A DNA stretch of 63,541 nt, counting the filler, from Circinaria calcarea (taxonomy: Eukaryota), in assembly GCA_051942165.1 (NCBI GenBank). It is 38 parts of 38 records of this genome, joined end to end, with 100 filler letters (N's around TTAATTAATTAA, not from the genome) between each part and the next. Parts side by side here need not be neighbours in the genome. Positions count along the whole stretch, not along the records: positions 48,636 to 50,204 come from JAVECS010004515.1; positions 50,305 to 51,873 come from JAVECS010004516.1; positions 51,974 to 53,542 come from JAVECS010004517.1; positions 53,643 to 55,211 come from JAVECS010004518.1; positions 55,312 to 56,878 come from JAVECS010004519.1; positions 56,979 to 58,545 come from JAVECS010004520.1; positions 58,646 to 60,211 come from JAVECS010004521.1; 31 more parts are not named here. One strand, 5' to 3'. Made by a program: the position numbers and the translations under genes. This document shows positions 48,830 to 60,013 of this stretch, piece by piece; position 1 is the stretch's first letter, and every line of letters starts with the position of its first letter. A model generated the notes under the pieces. That model had not been told where the DNA came from, searched no databases, and saw nothing but the letters and a program-made list of their open reading frames with translations.

Positions 48830-49220
48830 TAGCATTCAGTATAGCATGCAGCATAGCACCCAGCATAGCACCCAGTATAGCACTTAGTATAGCACCCAAA
48901 AAGCACCCAGTATAGTACGCTGCATAGCATGGAAAGAGCACGCGGCATAGCATAGCGATAGCATGCTGCATAGTATGGAAAAAGCACGCCGCATAGCATA
49001 GAGAGAGCATGTAGTATAGCATGAAAAGAGCATACAGCATAGTATGAAAAGAGCATAGCATGGCAAGAGCATGCAGCATAGCATGGAGCATAGTATGGAA
49101 CATAGCATGGAGCATAGCATAGCGAAAGCACGCAGCATAGCATAGAGCATAGCTCGCAGCATAGCAATAGCACGCAGTATAGCATAAAGCTGCAGTGTAG
49201 CATAAAACTATTAGCATAAA
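48830..49220. repeat. Degenerate GCATA-based satellite in an AT-rich tract
   Basis: Dozens of AGCAT/AGTAT/AGCAC units with a loose higher-order pattern (GCATAGYATGRAAAGAGCA); followed by four GAAAACTARR copies at ~49266-49345. Confidence 0.85.
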
Positions 49221-49880
49221 ATTATTCTACGCTACCATAAGCCTAATAAGCCCAACTAGGTTAGAGAAAACTAAGCCCATTCGAACGAAAAACTAGGCTT
49301 TGTAAGGCAGAAAACTAGGCTTAATCGAGCGAAAAACTAAACCCTTTTAGGCGAATTTTGAGGCCAGAGTGAGAACACCGCAAAATTTTGGTTTGGTTCG
49401 GTTCGGAAAATCTCCCGCCGAAGTTAAACCCTTCCACTTCGTTTCACTTCGTTTCAGGGAGGTGTAAATAAGAGGATATGAAGACGAAATCTCGCAAGTT
49501 ATAATAGTTGCGAGGTTTAGCTACAGCAGGCTGTACTGCTTTAGAAGGGCGTATAAGCTATTTATAAGGCATTATTATTCTCAGAGTGTATACGCAGGTG
49601 GCGCTGCATTAACCATCGGCACTGGGTACTCCGTATACCAAGGGGGAGTCGAGTAATGCTCAAAGATTTACAAGGAGGTAGTTTAATACGTCGGACAGCC
49701 TCATCAGCGACGAGAAGCTAAATAAGCACCACAGCATTCAGATAGCAGAGGTTTTGCTTATAGCTTCCCTTTAATCACATATTCACAATTTGAACCAACT
49801 TTGAATCTCGTGGTACAAGATTTCAACGGCCCTTAAAACGGTCCCTGTCTGCGGCTAATACTTTATACGTTAGCATCAGC

Positions 49881-50204
49881 ATGTTTACAAGCTTCGTTGG
49901 CACCCCGTCCCGTTCGCCTTGTCCTGACCAGCCAACAACGCCGGCGAGGCCGAAGCGCAACCAGGTCGCCCGAGCCTGCGAGTGGTGCCGTGTACATCGC
50001 ATCAAATGTGACAGCAATCATCCGTGCTCCAACTGCCAGAGTAGAGGTGGAGAGTGTAGCAACAAGGGGACGGGTGAAGTGCGGGCACTTCCCCACGCAA
50101 TCAGGTCTGTCTTCCGCACCCTTATATAGGGCGCAGATTGACTGACGTCTACTTAGAGAGTTTGAAAGACTGAGACTGTAGGTCAAGGAACTAGAGCAAC
50201 AGCT
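49881..50204 (+). pseudogene. Zn(II)2Cys6 transcription factor, 5' part, with in-frame premature TAG
   Basis: RPKRNQVARACEWCRVHRIKCDSNHPCSNCQSRGGEC; intron 50105-50156 (GT..CTGAC..TAG); spliced frame REFERLRL*VKELEQQ with TAG at 50179-50181. Confidence 0.75.
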
Positions 50205-50304
50205 NNNNNNNNNNNNNNNNNNNNNNNNNNNNNNNNNNNNNNNNNNNNTTAATTAATTAANNNNNNNNNNNNNNNNNNNNNNNNNNNNNNNNNNNNNNNN
50301 NNNN

Positions 50305-50946
50305 CCGCCAAACGAGGGTCCGAAAATACTGCCAATTGTCCAGACCAAAGGCATGATACTGAAAGCCTTGGGCTGCAAATTCTTATAGGGAACCATCTCT
50401 GCAACGGTAGTCCTGATGATCCCTACGTTTCCATTGCTTGCACCAGCAAACGACCTGGCGGCTATTGCCATAGGTAGGGATCGCGAGAAGCCGAACATGA
50501 GCGTTGCCGTCATGGTACATAGCAGACCTGCCATGATAACCGGCTTCCGGCCAAACCGATCTGATGCTCGGCCCCACGCTATCCCTGTGATACACTGGCT
50601 CAGAGAGAATGTGGCTGAAAGGAAACCGGCCCACTTGGCAACTTGGTTCTTTGGGACGTTGAAGCTCTCGATCATTTCAGGCTATTGAAAATTAGTATGG
50701 ATCATCTATCACATATGAACAGACTTACAAGATAAGGGAAGACGGAGGTCAATGCGACTACATTTCCAGCATTAGCCAAGTCGCATGAGTGGGGATAAAC
50801 AGTTCATACCTGGTTCGGCGAATCTACATATTGCTATATGAACCTTCTGGTTAGTCGATGAGACATGTAGTGTCACTGTTACTAGTCTCACAGAGTATTA
50901 TCAATTGCTTGACGGGTAAGCCTGGTGGCTTCCGTACCCTGCCCAT
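50305..50946 (-). CDS. MFS transporter (YCR023C/ZIFL-like), 5' part
   Basis: MGRVRKPPGLPVKQLIIL/SICRFAEP (24-nt exon)/VALTSVFPYL (29-nt exon)/PEMIESF..; motif A WGRASDRFGRKP; GNVGIIRTTVAEMV; WTIGSIFGP. Confidence 0.93.
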
Positions 50947-51973
50947 CGTCTTGGCATGCAGGAAACCCTAAGCCACCGTTGCCTGATATTCTAGTAGGAT
51001 GACAAAACCGATCGAGATACAGAAAAGATCAACCACAATACTAAGAGAGTGACGAGAGTATAAACATGGAAATGGCAGTTCAGAGAGGGCAAGGCAAGTC
51101 ATCATTGCTGACCAATGCGAAGAGTCGAGTCACCCGGATAGCCGATAGACGAATTCAACGTCGCTTAATCTTCAAATGGTGGGGAGCATCGGAAAAACGG
51201 TCCCCCCCAACGCTTGTCAGCCCTGCACAGGAGGATCGTCAGTCAGCCTTGTGGACTTTGCGTGTTGGCTTCAGGTACGATTCCTTTGGAATTACAGAGT
51301 CGTCAACATGATCTTCCAGCTACAAAAAATCTCACGGTAGTCCTCTTGGAATATGGAGTGCAACCTTTTGATTAGGAATGCTTGTAGGGTGGACATAGCC
51401 GAGGGGCTTGTAGTCTGTGGTAAAATGTTCAGACAGTTCCCCTTGTATATTTCATTCTCAAGAATTTCTCATCCAATGTAGTTAAAGCCACCACTTTATG
51501 TACCTACTGTCAGGCAATAGTATGCAGAGCCCGTGGAAACATCCTAAATTGGAGCCAAACCGAAAGTTTGGCCCTTGGGCATGTGCGGAATTGATCGTCC
51601 GGCTGAAATCACGTATTTAATGGCACTAGAGCATTTGAAACAAACAGCAGACTGATAGTATCAATCCAAAGTACAGGATAATAATAATAATCGTAATAAC
51701 TAATAATGATACATGAGATCTTGTTTGTCCTCGAGCATTAAAGACGGGCCGGTAAGGCTGAGAATTTTCCCGCTAGGCTCGCGCTTGTTGCCGCATTCCT
51801 TGAAGGGTGAATATCTAACACTCCGATGAACACCGCTCGTTCATCTTCATATCTTGCTTCTCTCACCTTCTAANNNNNNNNNNNNNNNNNNNNNNNNNNN
51901 NNNNNNNNNNNNNNNNNTTAATTAATTAANNNNNNNNNNNNNNNNNNNNNNNNNNNNNNNNNNNNNNNNNNNN

Positions 51974-52344
51974 ACTTGTGCAGCCTTTTCGTAGATTTGG
52001 CGCATGAGACGAACCTGTTGATTTCGCTCATCAATATCTTGCTGATTTATACAGATGGCGTCTGCCCATAACGTTCTCGTTTCGGATCTATGCCGCAGTT
52101 GCTGGAGTGCGAGACATAAGTTGGTTGCGATGGCCAGGGGTTTCCCATCGCAGCAGACGTAGCGATTTGGCGTCGGGTCTCCCCAACAATACGACAAAGC
52201 CTCATAGTTTGAATTGCTGGCTAGCTGGACATGCTTGATATTGCAATAAACCAGGTCTACACCACTTCCAGGGAGAATCTCGATGACTCGTATAGTGTCT
52301 CGCTGCCCATTTACCGATAGACTTGTATAGCTGTACTGTTCCAT
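51974..52344 (-). CDS. HET-domain (heterokaryon incompatibility, het-6-like) protein, 5' part
   Basis: IRVIEILPG..YEALSYCWG..NLCLALQQLR..LWADAICINQQDIDERNQQVRLMRQIYEKA. Confidence 0.95.
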
Positions 52345-53403
52345 CTTACATATGTCCTGTCCCGATCCTTGGCATTTCTGTACTGTGTAAAATGACCACC
52401 AGAGAATAAGTGAGCACCACTACAACTTCTCAAAGAGCGCACAATCACTTCGCGCTTGAGTATCTTTCTAAAACAGCGCCATCGGATGCTCATCCGCAAC
52501 GCGATTAGGAATCAGCAGAGGGAGTAACCTACCCAAGAAATTGTTGTAAGCCACGCCGAAGGCTGTGCTTGGCGCCGGAAGTCAAGTAATATCTCGCCAA
52601 TTATCTTACTAAAATTGATTCTAAGCCGCGCATTATTTATAAGCGTCTCCTCCATAAACAGGTCTTATAGAAACGCCTGCAGTGTCAAATTAAATGTCCC
52701 CTCCTTCGAATGCCAAAGGTGATTCTAAGTGGCCTGTCGAGGCAGGTGGCCAAAAGTAATTGCCGGATTGTGGGCAGGTAACCATAATTGGTCCAGCAGT
52801 AGAGTGTGAAAACTAAAAACCCCTATTACGCCAGGGGGTCAATCACAAAAATAGAGGCTATGCACAGGAAAATAGTAATAATAGGCTTAAAAATTTGACC
52901 CGGTAATGACCTTTGGTCACCCGTGTGTCATGCCACTCCTAAATTAACGAGACGTAAATATTCTTACAGAACCATATTAAACATTAATACTAAATTCTTT
53001 CTTTCTGGAAAGGAAGGATACTTATTTTACGATCCGAGGCGATAATCAACCTACAATCTTCCCAACTCCTAATTTGATATTCGAAACATCTGGCCCCACT
53101 TAAATAGGATGCTGCATGACCTGGTCGATTTTACAATTCTGTAGTAAGTATATATAAGTCGCTTATACTGTACTTCGCCTTGTTGCTCAACCAGCCAGCC
53201 ACGGGGGTGATAAAAAATGCGACAGCAAAATTCACCCCGCCGTAGGCACACCCACTGATTTACGCCTGAGGAGCCCTAATGTTAGAAGGGGTCCTCACAA
53301 ATTTGGGGCCTATACTTAGGTACGGTGGGCGTCGCATTTTTTCTATCACCCGCGTGCCAGCCTGTTCAAAAGGGGGGAAAAGACCAAAAGAAAACAAGAA
53401 AAA

Positions 53404-53506
53404 ACATACAACAGCTGGTATTCGCTGGTGGTCACCCACCCAACTACTAATCAGCCGATCTCAAGCTTGTGTATGGTAGAGCGGATGGGATGCCCAATAA
53501 TCTTAA
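53404..53506 (-). pseudogene. 5'-truncated, mutated 5S rRNA copy
   Basis: Identical to the 27899-28017 gene over its 3' ~65 nt, then about 8 substitutions (mostly transitions). The 5' ~16 nt, including ACATACGAC, are absent, so the terminal helix cannot form. Confidence 0.9.
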
Positions 53507-53642
53507 CCTCAACTTTGCATACGCGATACCCGATTATGCCCGNNNNNNNNNNNNNNNNNNNNNNNNNNNNNNNNNNNNNNNNNNNNTTAATTAATTAANN
53601 NNNNNNNNNNNNNNNNNNNNNNNNNNNNNNNNNNNNNNNNNN

Positions 53643-53993
53643 CCGCATCCAGTGGAGTGTATCACGTTCGATACCCCTCCGTACCGTACAACCTACGGGT
53701 TCTCGGCTTATTTGTGCGACTTTTTTTCCGGGTCGATCAGTGGCGGAAGATTGCCTCGCTTGAGAAGGGTAGGGATCACTAGGATAGGATTGGAGGGGGA
53801 CATAACGGTATGTTTGCCGTATGCGCTACGCGCGCTGGCGGAAGAACTGGAGGCGTTGGAACGGGAAGGTAATAAAGGGAAAGGAGGGAAGGCGGGCGTG
53901 TGGGTTCTAGGATCCCCGGACGTGCGAGTCCAAGACGTGCCAATAACTTCCATTCATGAGGCGGCTGACCTTTTAACGGAACGTTTCGGTTGA
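53643..53993 (+). CDS. 3' end of a hypothetical protein
   Basis: Open from the contig edge for 117 codons (..GRLPRLRRVGITRIG..ALAEELEALERE..AGVWV..); followed by a diverged duplicate of its own 3' part. Confidence 0.5.
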   Translation, partial: PHPVECITFDTPPYRTTYGFSAYLCDFFSGSISGGRLPRLRRVGITRIGLEGDITVCLPYALRALAEELEALEREGNKGKGGKAGVWVLGSPDVRVQDVPITSIHEAADLLTERFG

Positions 53994-54204
53994 GAAGGGT
54001 AAATATCACTAAAAGGGCGGTGGAGGGGGACATGAACAGGATATTTAGAGCATGGACTAAAAAGCTGGGGAAGTTTACTGGAGGCGTTGGAACGGGAAGG
54101 TAATACAGGGTAAAGAAGGGGAAGGCGGGGCGTGTGGATTCTAGGTGCTCGGAACGTGCGAGTCCAAAATGTGCCAATTTATCCCCCCATTCGTAAGGTG
54201 GCTT
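53760..54204 (+). repeat. Diverged tandem duplication, ~230-bp period
   Basis: 53760-53967 and 53990-54204 share TTGAGAAGGGTA, TGGAGGGGGACAT, ACTGGAGGCGTTGGAACGGGAAGGTAATA and ACGTGCGAGTCCAA in the same order. Confidence 0.9.
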
Positions 54205-55311
54205 GTGAGGTCGTAAAGTACTTTAGTTGAAAATGTGTCCAAGGCCAAGGTATGTGGTAAATGTGAAGGCATGAGCGATACGATTGATTGGCTATACGCA
54301 GTATGTGCGAGAACTAAATCATTAAAGAAGAAGAAGAAGAAGTATTATTGTGCGTGAAAGGGGTTTTCACCATACGCCAAGAGACGCCAGATAAGCCGAG
54401 GTATCATGGCTCGCTACCATAGTTTCCTTTAAATTTGGCATGTTCACGATTTCTAAAAATTTCAGCCACGCCTCGAAATTGGCATACAATTTACAGCTGT
54501 TCTTAGTACTTTTTTTATAAAAGTATCAACGCAATTTAGGGTACCTTGTAATAACTGTTTTAAACATATTATTTTTAATCATTAAGGTTAGAGGCTTCTA
54601 TTTAGTGAATTAGGGTGCTGATTAAAGGTCCGAAGTGACGCAAATAGGGGTATAAGATAACCAAAATAGCGGCTGGACTAGAGGGCAGACCATTAATACT
54701 TCCACCAGAGCTCCAATTCCAATTCCAATTCCCCAAATCGCCTGCGTTACTGAAGCCACTAGGACTCCATACTGTATGGCATGAGTGGTAATACTCCCCC
54801 CGATTCGTGAAGTGGCTCCCCTTATCCAATTTGTTTCGATATTAGCGACTTGACGTGCGCAATCGCCTGGCAGCGTGATGAGGTCATCTTGCTGGGAGGA
54901 GTTCCACTTAACGAAGGTCAGGCCCGTCAGGGTCGGTTGGCTGTTTGACGATTCTGGTGGGGAAGGCCGTACAACTTGCTTTGAAATCTAATCACGGTGA
55001 AGGAGTTCAGTAAGTTCCTTCATCCGACAGTTTCGAAGAGACATAGGGGATGGCAGGGGGGCCACGGAACATGTAAGCATGATGGCCATATAGGGTAGCC
55101 CGCTCGCTATACTCACTTCCAGCGTAAAGCGCATAGTTATTCGCGTTGATTGCCGCTTTGGCCGGGGGCAACGCCAAGCAGGCATTTGCTTCATATGCCT
55201 CTGGTTCCAACNNNNNNNNNNNNNNNNNNNNNNNNNNNNNNNNNNNNNNNNNNNNTTAATTAATTAANNNNNNNNNNNNNNNNNNNNNNNNNNNNNNNNN
55301 NNNNNNNNNNN

Positions 55312-56878
55312 CATCGATGGCGAGGCGGTCAACTCTCAGTGGGGCGTGACCAAGGCTGGGAAAGCTCGAAAACGGCTGGCCATTGCCTGTATCACCTGCC
55401 GGGAGAAGAAGATCAGGTGCGAGCCAGGAGAGATCAAGTGTGTTCAGTGTGAAAAATCGGGCAGAGAATGTCGCTTCCAAGTGGCGTGAGTACCGCCATT
55501 TCTTTACACGTTCAAACCGTATTCGACTGGTATTCCCTTGCTAGGCGAACACGCACCCGTGTCTGGCATCGTCCAGTGCTCTGTTGATCCTTCTCATCAT
55601 TAGACCTCTTCTTCATTGTGTGAGATTGGTTATGCTAATATACTTTGTTTGTAGCTCGCGGGGTCAGAATTCTGGTTCCATTTCTGGTTCCATTTCAGGG
55701 TCCTACGAAGCTCAGGCACGTACTCCATCTTCCACAAGCATAACGACAGAATCTCATTTTCATAGCCTACACTCGCCGCTTACCGATAAACCTGACCTTC
55801 TCCAAAGCCTCCCTAGTCAACGGAGCTTATCGATAGAGTCGAAACCTACCAAACAACGACCCAGCCACACCGATACCGGTGAGAGATGCACGTTCTTATC
55901 CAGGAGACCAAGTCAGCGTTACCCGAAAATGAGACATGATCTGGACCTGAGGTAGCAGAGCCCAAACAGGGTAAATCCACAGCAGTAGCATCGCCTTGGA
56001 ACGACAGATCGTCCGCTATGGATCAATTAGCCTCGGAATGGAGCAAAGATCCTTATGCAGCTAATCCTCGACAGGTCCTGCATTTCATGGATCTTTACTT
56101 TGCCCATGTCAATTGGGCAACATATTGCATGTTCTCCAGAAAGCCTTTGCTGCAATGGCTACGGCAGAGCGGTAGGAAGACGCCTGATGAGTGATGGTTG
56201 CATATTCATTGTTCGCAATGAGTTCGGCTCTGTTTTCGGCAGCCTGACTGCAAGACCAAATGGAGTCTCTAGACAGGGACCGTACGGTATGCTGCTGAAT
56301 AGAACCATGGAAGGTTCAGTCTTCAGCTTGTTCAATGTCTGTCGGCTGATGGTTGGCCTGTACTACTTTGTACAAGGAAACTCCGCTCTAGCATGGGACC
56401 TGGCGGATCAGCGTTCAGAGCTGCTTCAGTCTTTGCTCAATCTCGAAAGAGGTACCATGGGTCTAGGCGAGAAGGATCCACTCGACTATGGTCTGAACAA
56501 ACACGTTCTGGCAGAATGTCATCGCAGAACCTACTGGTCCGCATTCATCATGGATGTAAGTCTCTTTTGAATTGATGCACTGGACGCATCGATGACTATT
56601 TCTAGCGATATAGCGGGTATTGCATTTGCACTGGGCATTTTACCATCTTCAGGAAAGAGATTACCTTTGCTTGCCTAACATGTAGCGAAGAGATGGACGA
56701 GAACCAGGAGAAAACTACAACCCCGTAGTCTGACAGCGACATACGCGATCGGCTTATCTGCCAAGTATTAGATGAACCATCCTTGGGATCATGGCACATC
56801 TCGTGCAGATAATTTCTATCTGAAGCAACATATCGGCATATATGTATCGATCAGAGCAATGGCCTCGTGAGACCTACA
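55312..56878 (+). pseudogene. Zn(II)2Cys6 + fungal-specific TF domain gene with multiple frameshifts and stops
   Basis: Intact WGVTKAGKARKRLAIACITCREKKIRC..CVQC..C. Later blocks WSKDPY..YFAHVN, FSLQLVQ, LYYF..AWD and ECHRRTYWSAFIMD lie in shifting frames, with stops at 56192, 56300, 56726 and 56821 and a TGTC duplication at 56336-56343. Confidence 0.8.
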
Positions 56879-56978
56879 NNNNNNNNNNNNNNNNNNNNNN
56901 NNNNNNNNNNNNNNNNNNNNNNTTAATTAATTAANNNNNNNNNNNNNNNNNNNNNNNNNNNNNNNNNNNNNNNNNNNN

Positions 56979-57593
56979 GAATAGATACCAATGACACTGC
57001 CAATCATCTCTGGTACCACAATCATATTTCGTAGATGTGTTTTGACAAGATCGGGTTTCTCGTTGGGCTTCGCCTCCAGCTTAGTTTTTCGAAGTTTCTG
57101 TATCAATCGATTGGGACCCCGCTTGAGGCCACGGTTGAACCGACGTCGAGCACGAGCGTGGACAGCATCACGGAGCTGGTCCGGGGTGAGGTTGAGGAGT
57201 CTACCAACAAACGTCAGTCCTTGGACTTATTTCTTTCTCTTCTGAGACAATGTCTAAAGGCGTCGCATACTGGTCAAGATCAATACCGCGGTAGGAGAAC
57301 TTTCTGAATGTTCTCTTCTTTTTAAGCTCTGTGCATCGAGTTGTCGATTAGCATAGATTCAGGCATCTCCTCCCTCAGCCGATCCTGTCATTTTCCTGCC
57401 TATACAACCATCCCGTGTCTCTTGACCATAACGTTCGCTTTTGCTCTTTGCTTTTGTATAGCGAGAAGTGGGAAAGGTTGAACACGTACCAGCGGCTTCC
57501 TCGGGGTTCTATTTCAACAATTAGTCATCTCGTACGAATATGATGATACTATCTCGTGATGAAAGGAGTACATACGTAGTCTGCATCAGCCAT
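56979..57593 (-). CDS. rps15: 40S ribosomal protein S15 (uS19), 3' truncated
   Basis: MADADY (57576-57593)/NPEEAA (57490-57508)/[58 protein letters not shown]; not captured by the ORF track. Confidence 0.96.
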
Positions 57594-58078
57594 GGTTGCG
57601 GTGTTTGATATTTTCGATCGAAATGGAAGTATCGCAAGTGGTTGTCGTGTGGTCGCTACTCAGATGATTAGCGCAATTCGAAGTGTGAGTTTCTGCCAAG
57701 CCAATACCATAAGCGAAGGAATGGACTACGCTAAGGGTAGTGCCCTTGACATTCCGAAGAGCCTCGGCGTGCTCAGAGTGCTAATTTTATGGGGAGTTCG
57801 TATTGATATTGCCATGTCGTTTTAGACTTTATTCGCTACTAGCTATTACATTATGAAATCAGTCAAGTACTTCATATGTTGCCTATATAACACAGAAGTT
57901 GACTTCGTGTGCAAGAAACTATGAGCATCGAAGAGTTATCAATGGGATTTAATGAAGTAGCTGAGCTACCCGGGATCATTGACAATGTAGCTCTTTTATC
58001 TATGTAGCAAGTGGCTTCCAAAACAATGGTTGTAAATCCGCCAAATCCGTGCTACTGAATCTCCAATACTCCTCAAGC

Positions 58079-58477
58079 TTAGTCGAAAAGTCCGAAACCC
58101 ATATCCTCGTCGGACTCCTCCTTCTCCTCTTCCTTCTTTTCTTCCTCCTTCGCTTCTTCAGGTGCTGCAGCAGCCCCGCCAGCAGCAGGAGCAGCGCCAC
58201 CTCCCCCAGAACCCCCGGAAGGCACAGACGCCAATTTCGAAGAGCCTTCGGAGATCAGCTAAGACTTAAGCGTTAGTATTTGTTAAGTGGAGATGTTTAT
58301 TGGTTTGATGCAGCATACGGTTTGTAGGTCCTTGCCATCGAGCTCTTTGATCAACTGCTCCAAGCGATCCTCGTCGGCATCGATGCCCACAGACTCCAGA
58401 ACCTCCTTGACATCTTCGGCCGAGGGTGAGGTATTGCCACCAAGGCCGAGAAGGAGGTATGCTGCAAGGTGCTTCAT
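58079..58477 (-). CDS. rpp2: 60S acidic ribosomal protein P2 (112 aa), complete
   Basis: [20 protein letters not shown]..; intron 58259-58318; [32 protein letters not shown]. Confidence 0.97.
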
Positions 58478-59034
58478 TTTGGTGGTACTAGAATCGCCGG
58501 ATTAGTCTCACTGCTTTGGAATATCGCTCCCGAGTAGCACTCATGNNNNNNNNNNNNNNNNNNNNNNNNNNNNNNNNNNNNNNNNNNNNTTAATTAATTA
58601 ANNNNNNNNNNNNNNNNNNNNNNNNNNNNNNNNNNNNNNNNNNNNCCCTCTCTGCTAATGGTCTATGTTGGTGTAGACCAAAGCCCTAATCGGGTAGAAA
58701 AACCAGCCTCTTCACTTTTTCTCAACTATGGACTCTGCCAATCGCATTGGTGTACACCAATGCTAAAGCCCTATTAGGAAGAAAAGCCAGCCCCTTCATT
58801 TATTGGTTGTGCTTTCTCCAACGAACATGTACAGTTTATTCAATCCCTACCTGACATCTCTTATCTACATCCCTTGGCTCGCGCTTTTTCTCGACTTCTC
58901 ACCCCAACCAGGTTGTGTTGCTACTCTCTTCTCGACAGCTTCCTTTTCTTTTCCTCTCTCATTGTCGTCGTTACTTCTAAAGCGCACCTCTACTCACCTA
59001 CCCCTTTTTCCCGCGCACTATATCTCCCAGCACA

Positions 59035-59543
59035 ATGGCGTCCCTTCCTTCCTCCTTCAAGCTCAACGGCCCTCGACCAGTCCGCTTCTTCTGGAAGCAC
59101 GTCGAACCACAGGACCGTGCAATCATCAAGGAAGTCTGCATCCGCGCCTGCCAGACGAACCTAACAACCTGGTACGACGTGTCCGTGTTCCTCCATTGGG
59201 ATGAGATCGCTGCTGTTGTAGGGTCCGGCTTTACAGCCCAATACTGCCGGTACAGATCTATTTCCCCTTTTCACGCTTAGCTTCAAAGATGCTAATCCAT
59301 GGCACTAGCGACAAAGCAATGGACTTGTGGAAGTACAGTGATCTGGCGGGTGGCAATATGCGGCTGGACCGTGTGGCCATCCCGCAGCGCGTCGTCAAGC
59401 ATCCTGCTGTGCAATTACTCAAAGGCGGCAGAGTCAAGGCCAGCAAGAAGCCCAAGTCCTCTCACAAGGCGTTGGCGGCATTTCAGACGAGGGTGAAGAT
59501 CGGGGCGAGTTTGTTGTCGAAGTTTGCCAAGGTTGCGGAGTAA
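59035..59543 (+). CDS. Small (149 aa) protein with Myb/SANT-like Trp pattern and basic tail, complete
   Basis: Exons 59035-59249 and 59309-59543 join in frame across a GT..CTAAT..TAG intron; ..FWKH..LHWDEIAAVVGSGFTAQYCRDKAMDLW; Lys-rich C-terminus. Confidence 0.75.
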
Positions 59544-60013
59544 ATATGAGCGTGTACTGGGCAATGATAAGTCCCAGGATTTTTGTTTTCCGTTTTCAAT
59601 TGGAAGTGGACAAAGGTGGGCAATGACTACAGGGAATTAGCATAGAATAAGAATGAATAAAGCGTACTCCTTCATTGCAGATGGCTGGTATTATTAGGCA
59701 GACCCCCTATGTTTCAAGTCCCTATTGTCGATTATTGATTATTAGGTGACAACCAGCCATCTCATTATCTGTGTTCTATTGTCAATACTGAAACGACAAC
59801 CCTGAATGTTGTAGCCGTATTACTTACCTTCCAGCATCTCTCCCACCCACTCTTTCTCCTCCTACTCATCTACCAATTACCAGATCTTGCTTGCTCTTTG
59901 CTTTTATCAACCATACTCACAAAGCGTCAGCTCTACCATTCCCACAGCTTCTTAAAGCCGCACTCTGACTCCCTTGATATCTCTATCCATTCGTTTCTCC
60001 ACTCATCACAATC

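Noticed and set aside
48760..49217. Cys/Tyr/Met-rich ORFs in three frames (metallothionein-like look)
   Set aside because: All three frames are open because the GCATA satellite lacks stops on that strand; no coding signal.
4083..56878. Apparent biosynthetic cluster (NRPS-like, methyltransferase, ADH, SDR, MFS, Zn2Cys6 factors)
   Set aside because: Each gene is on a different contig ordered only by length; there is no evidence of physical linkage.
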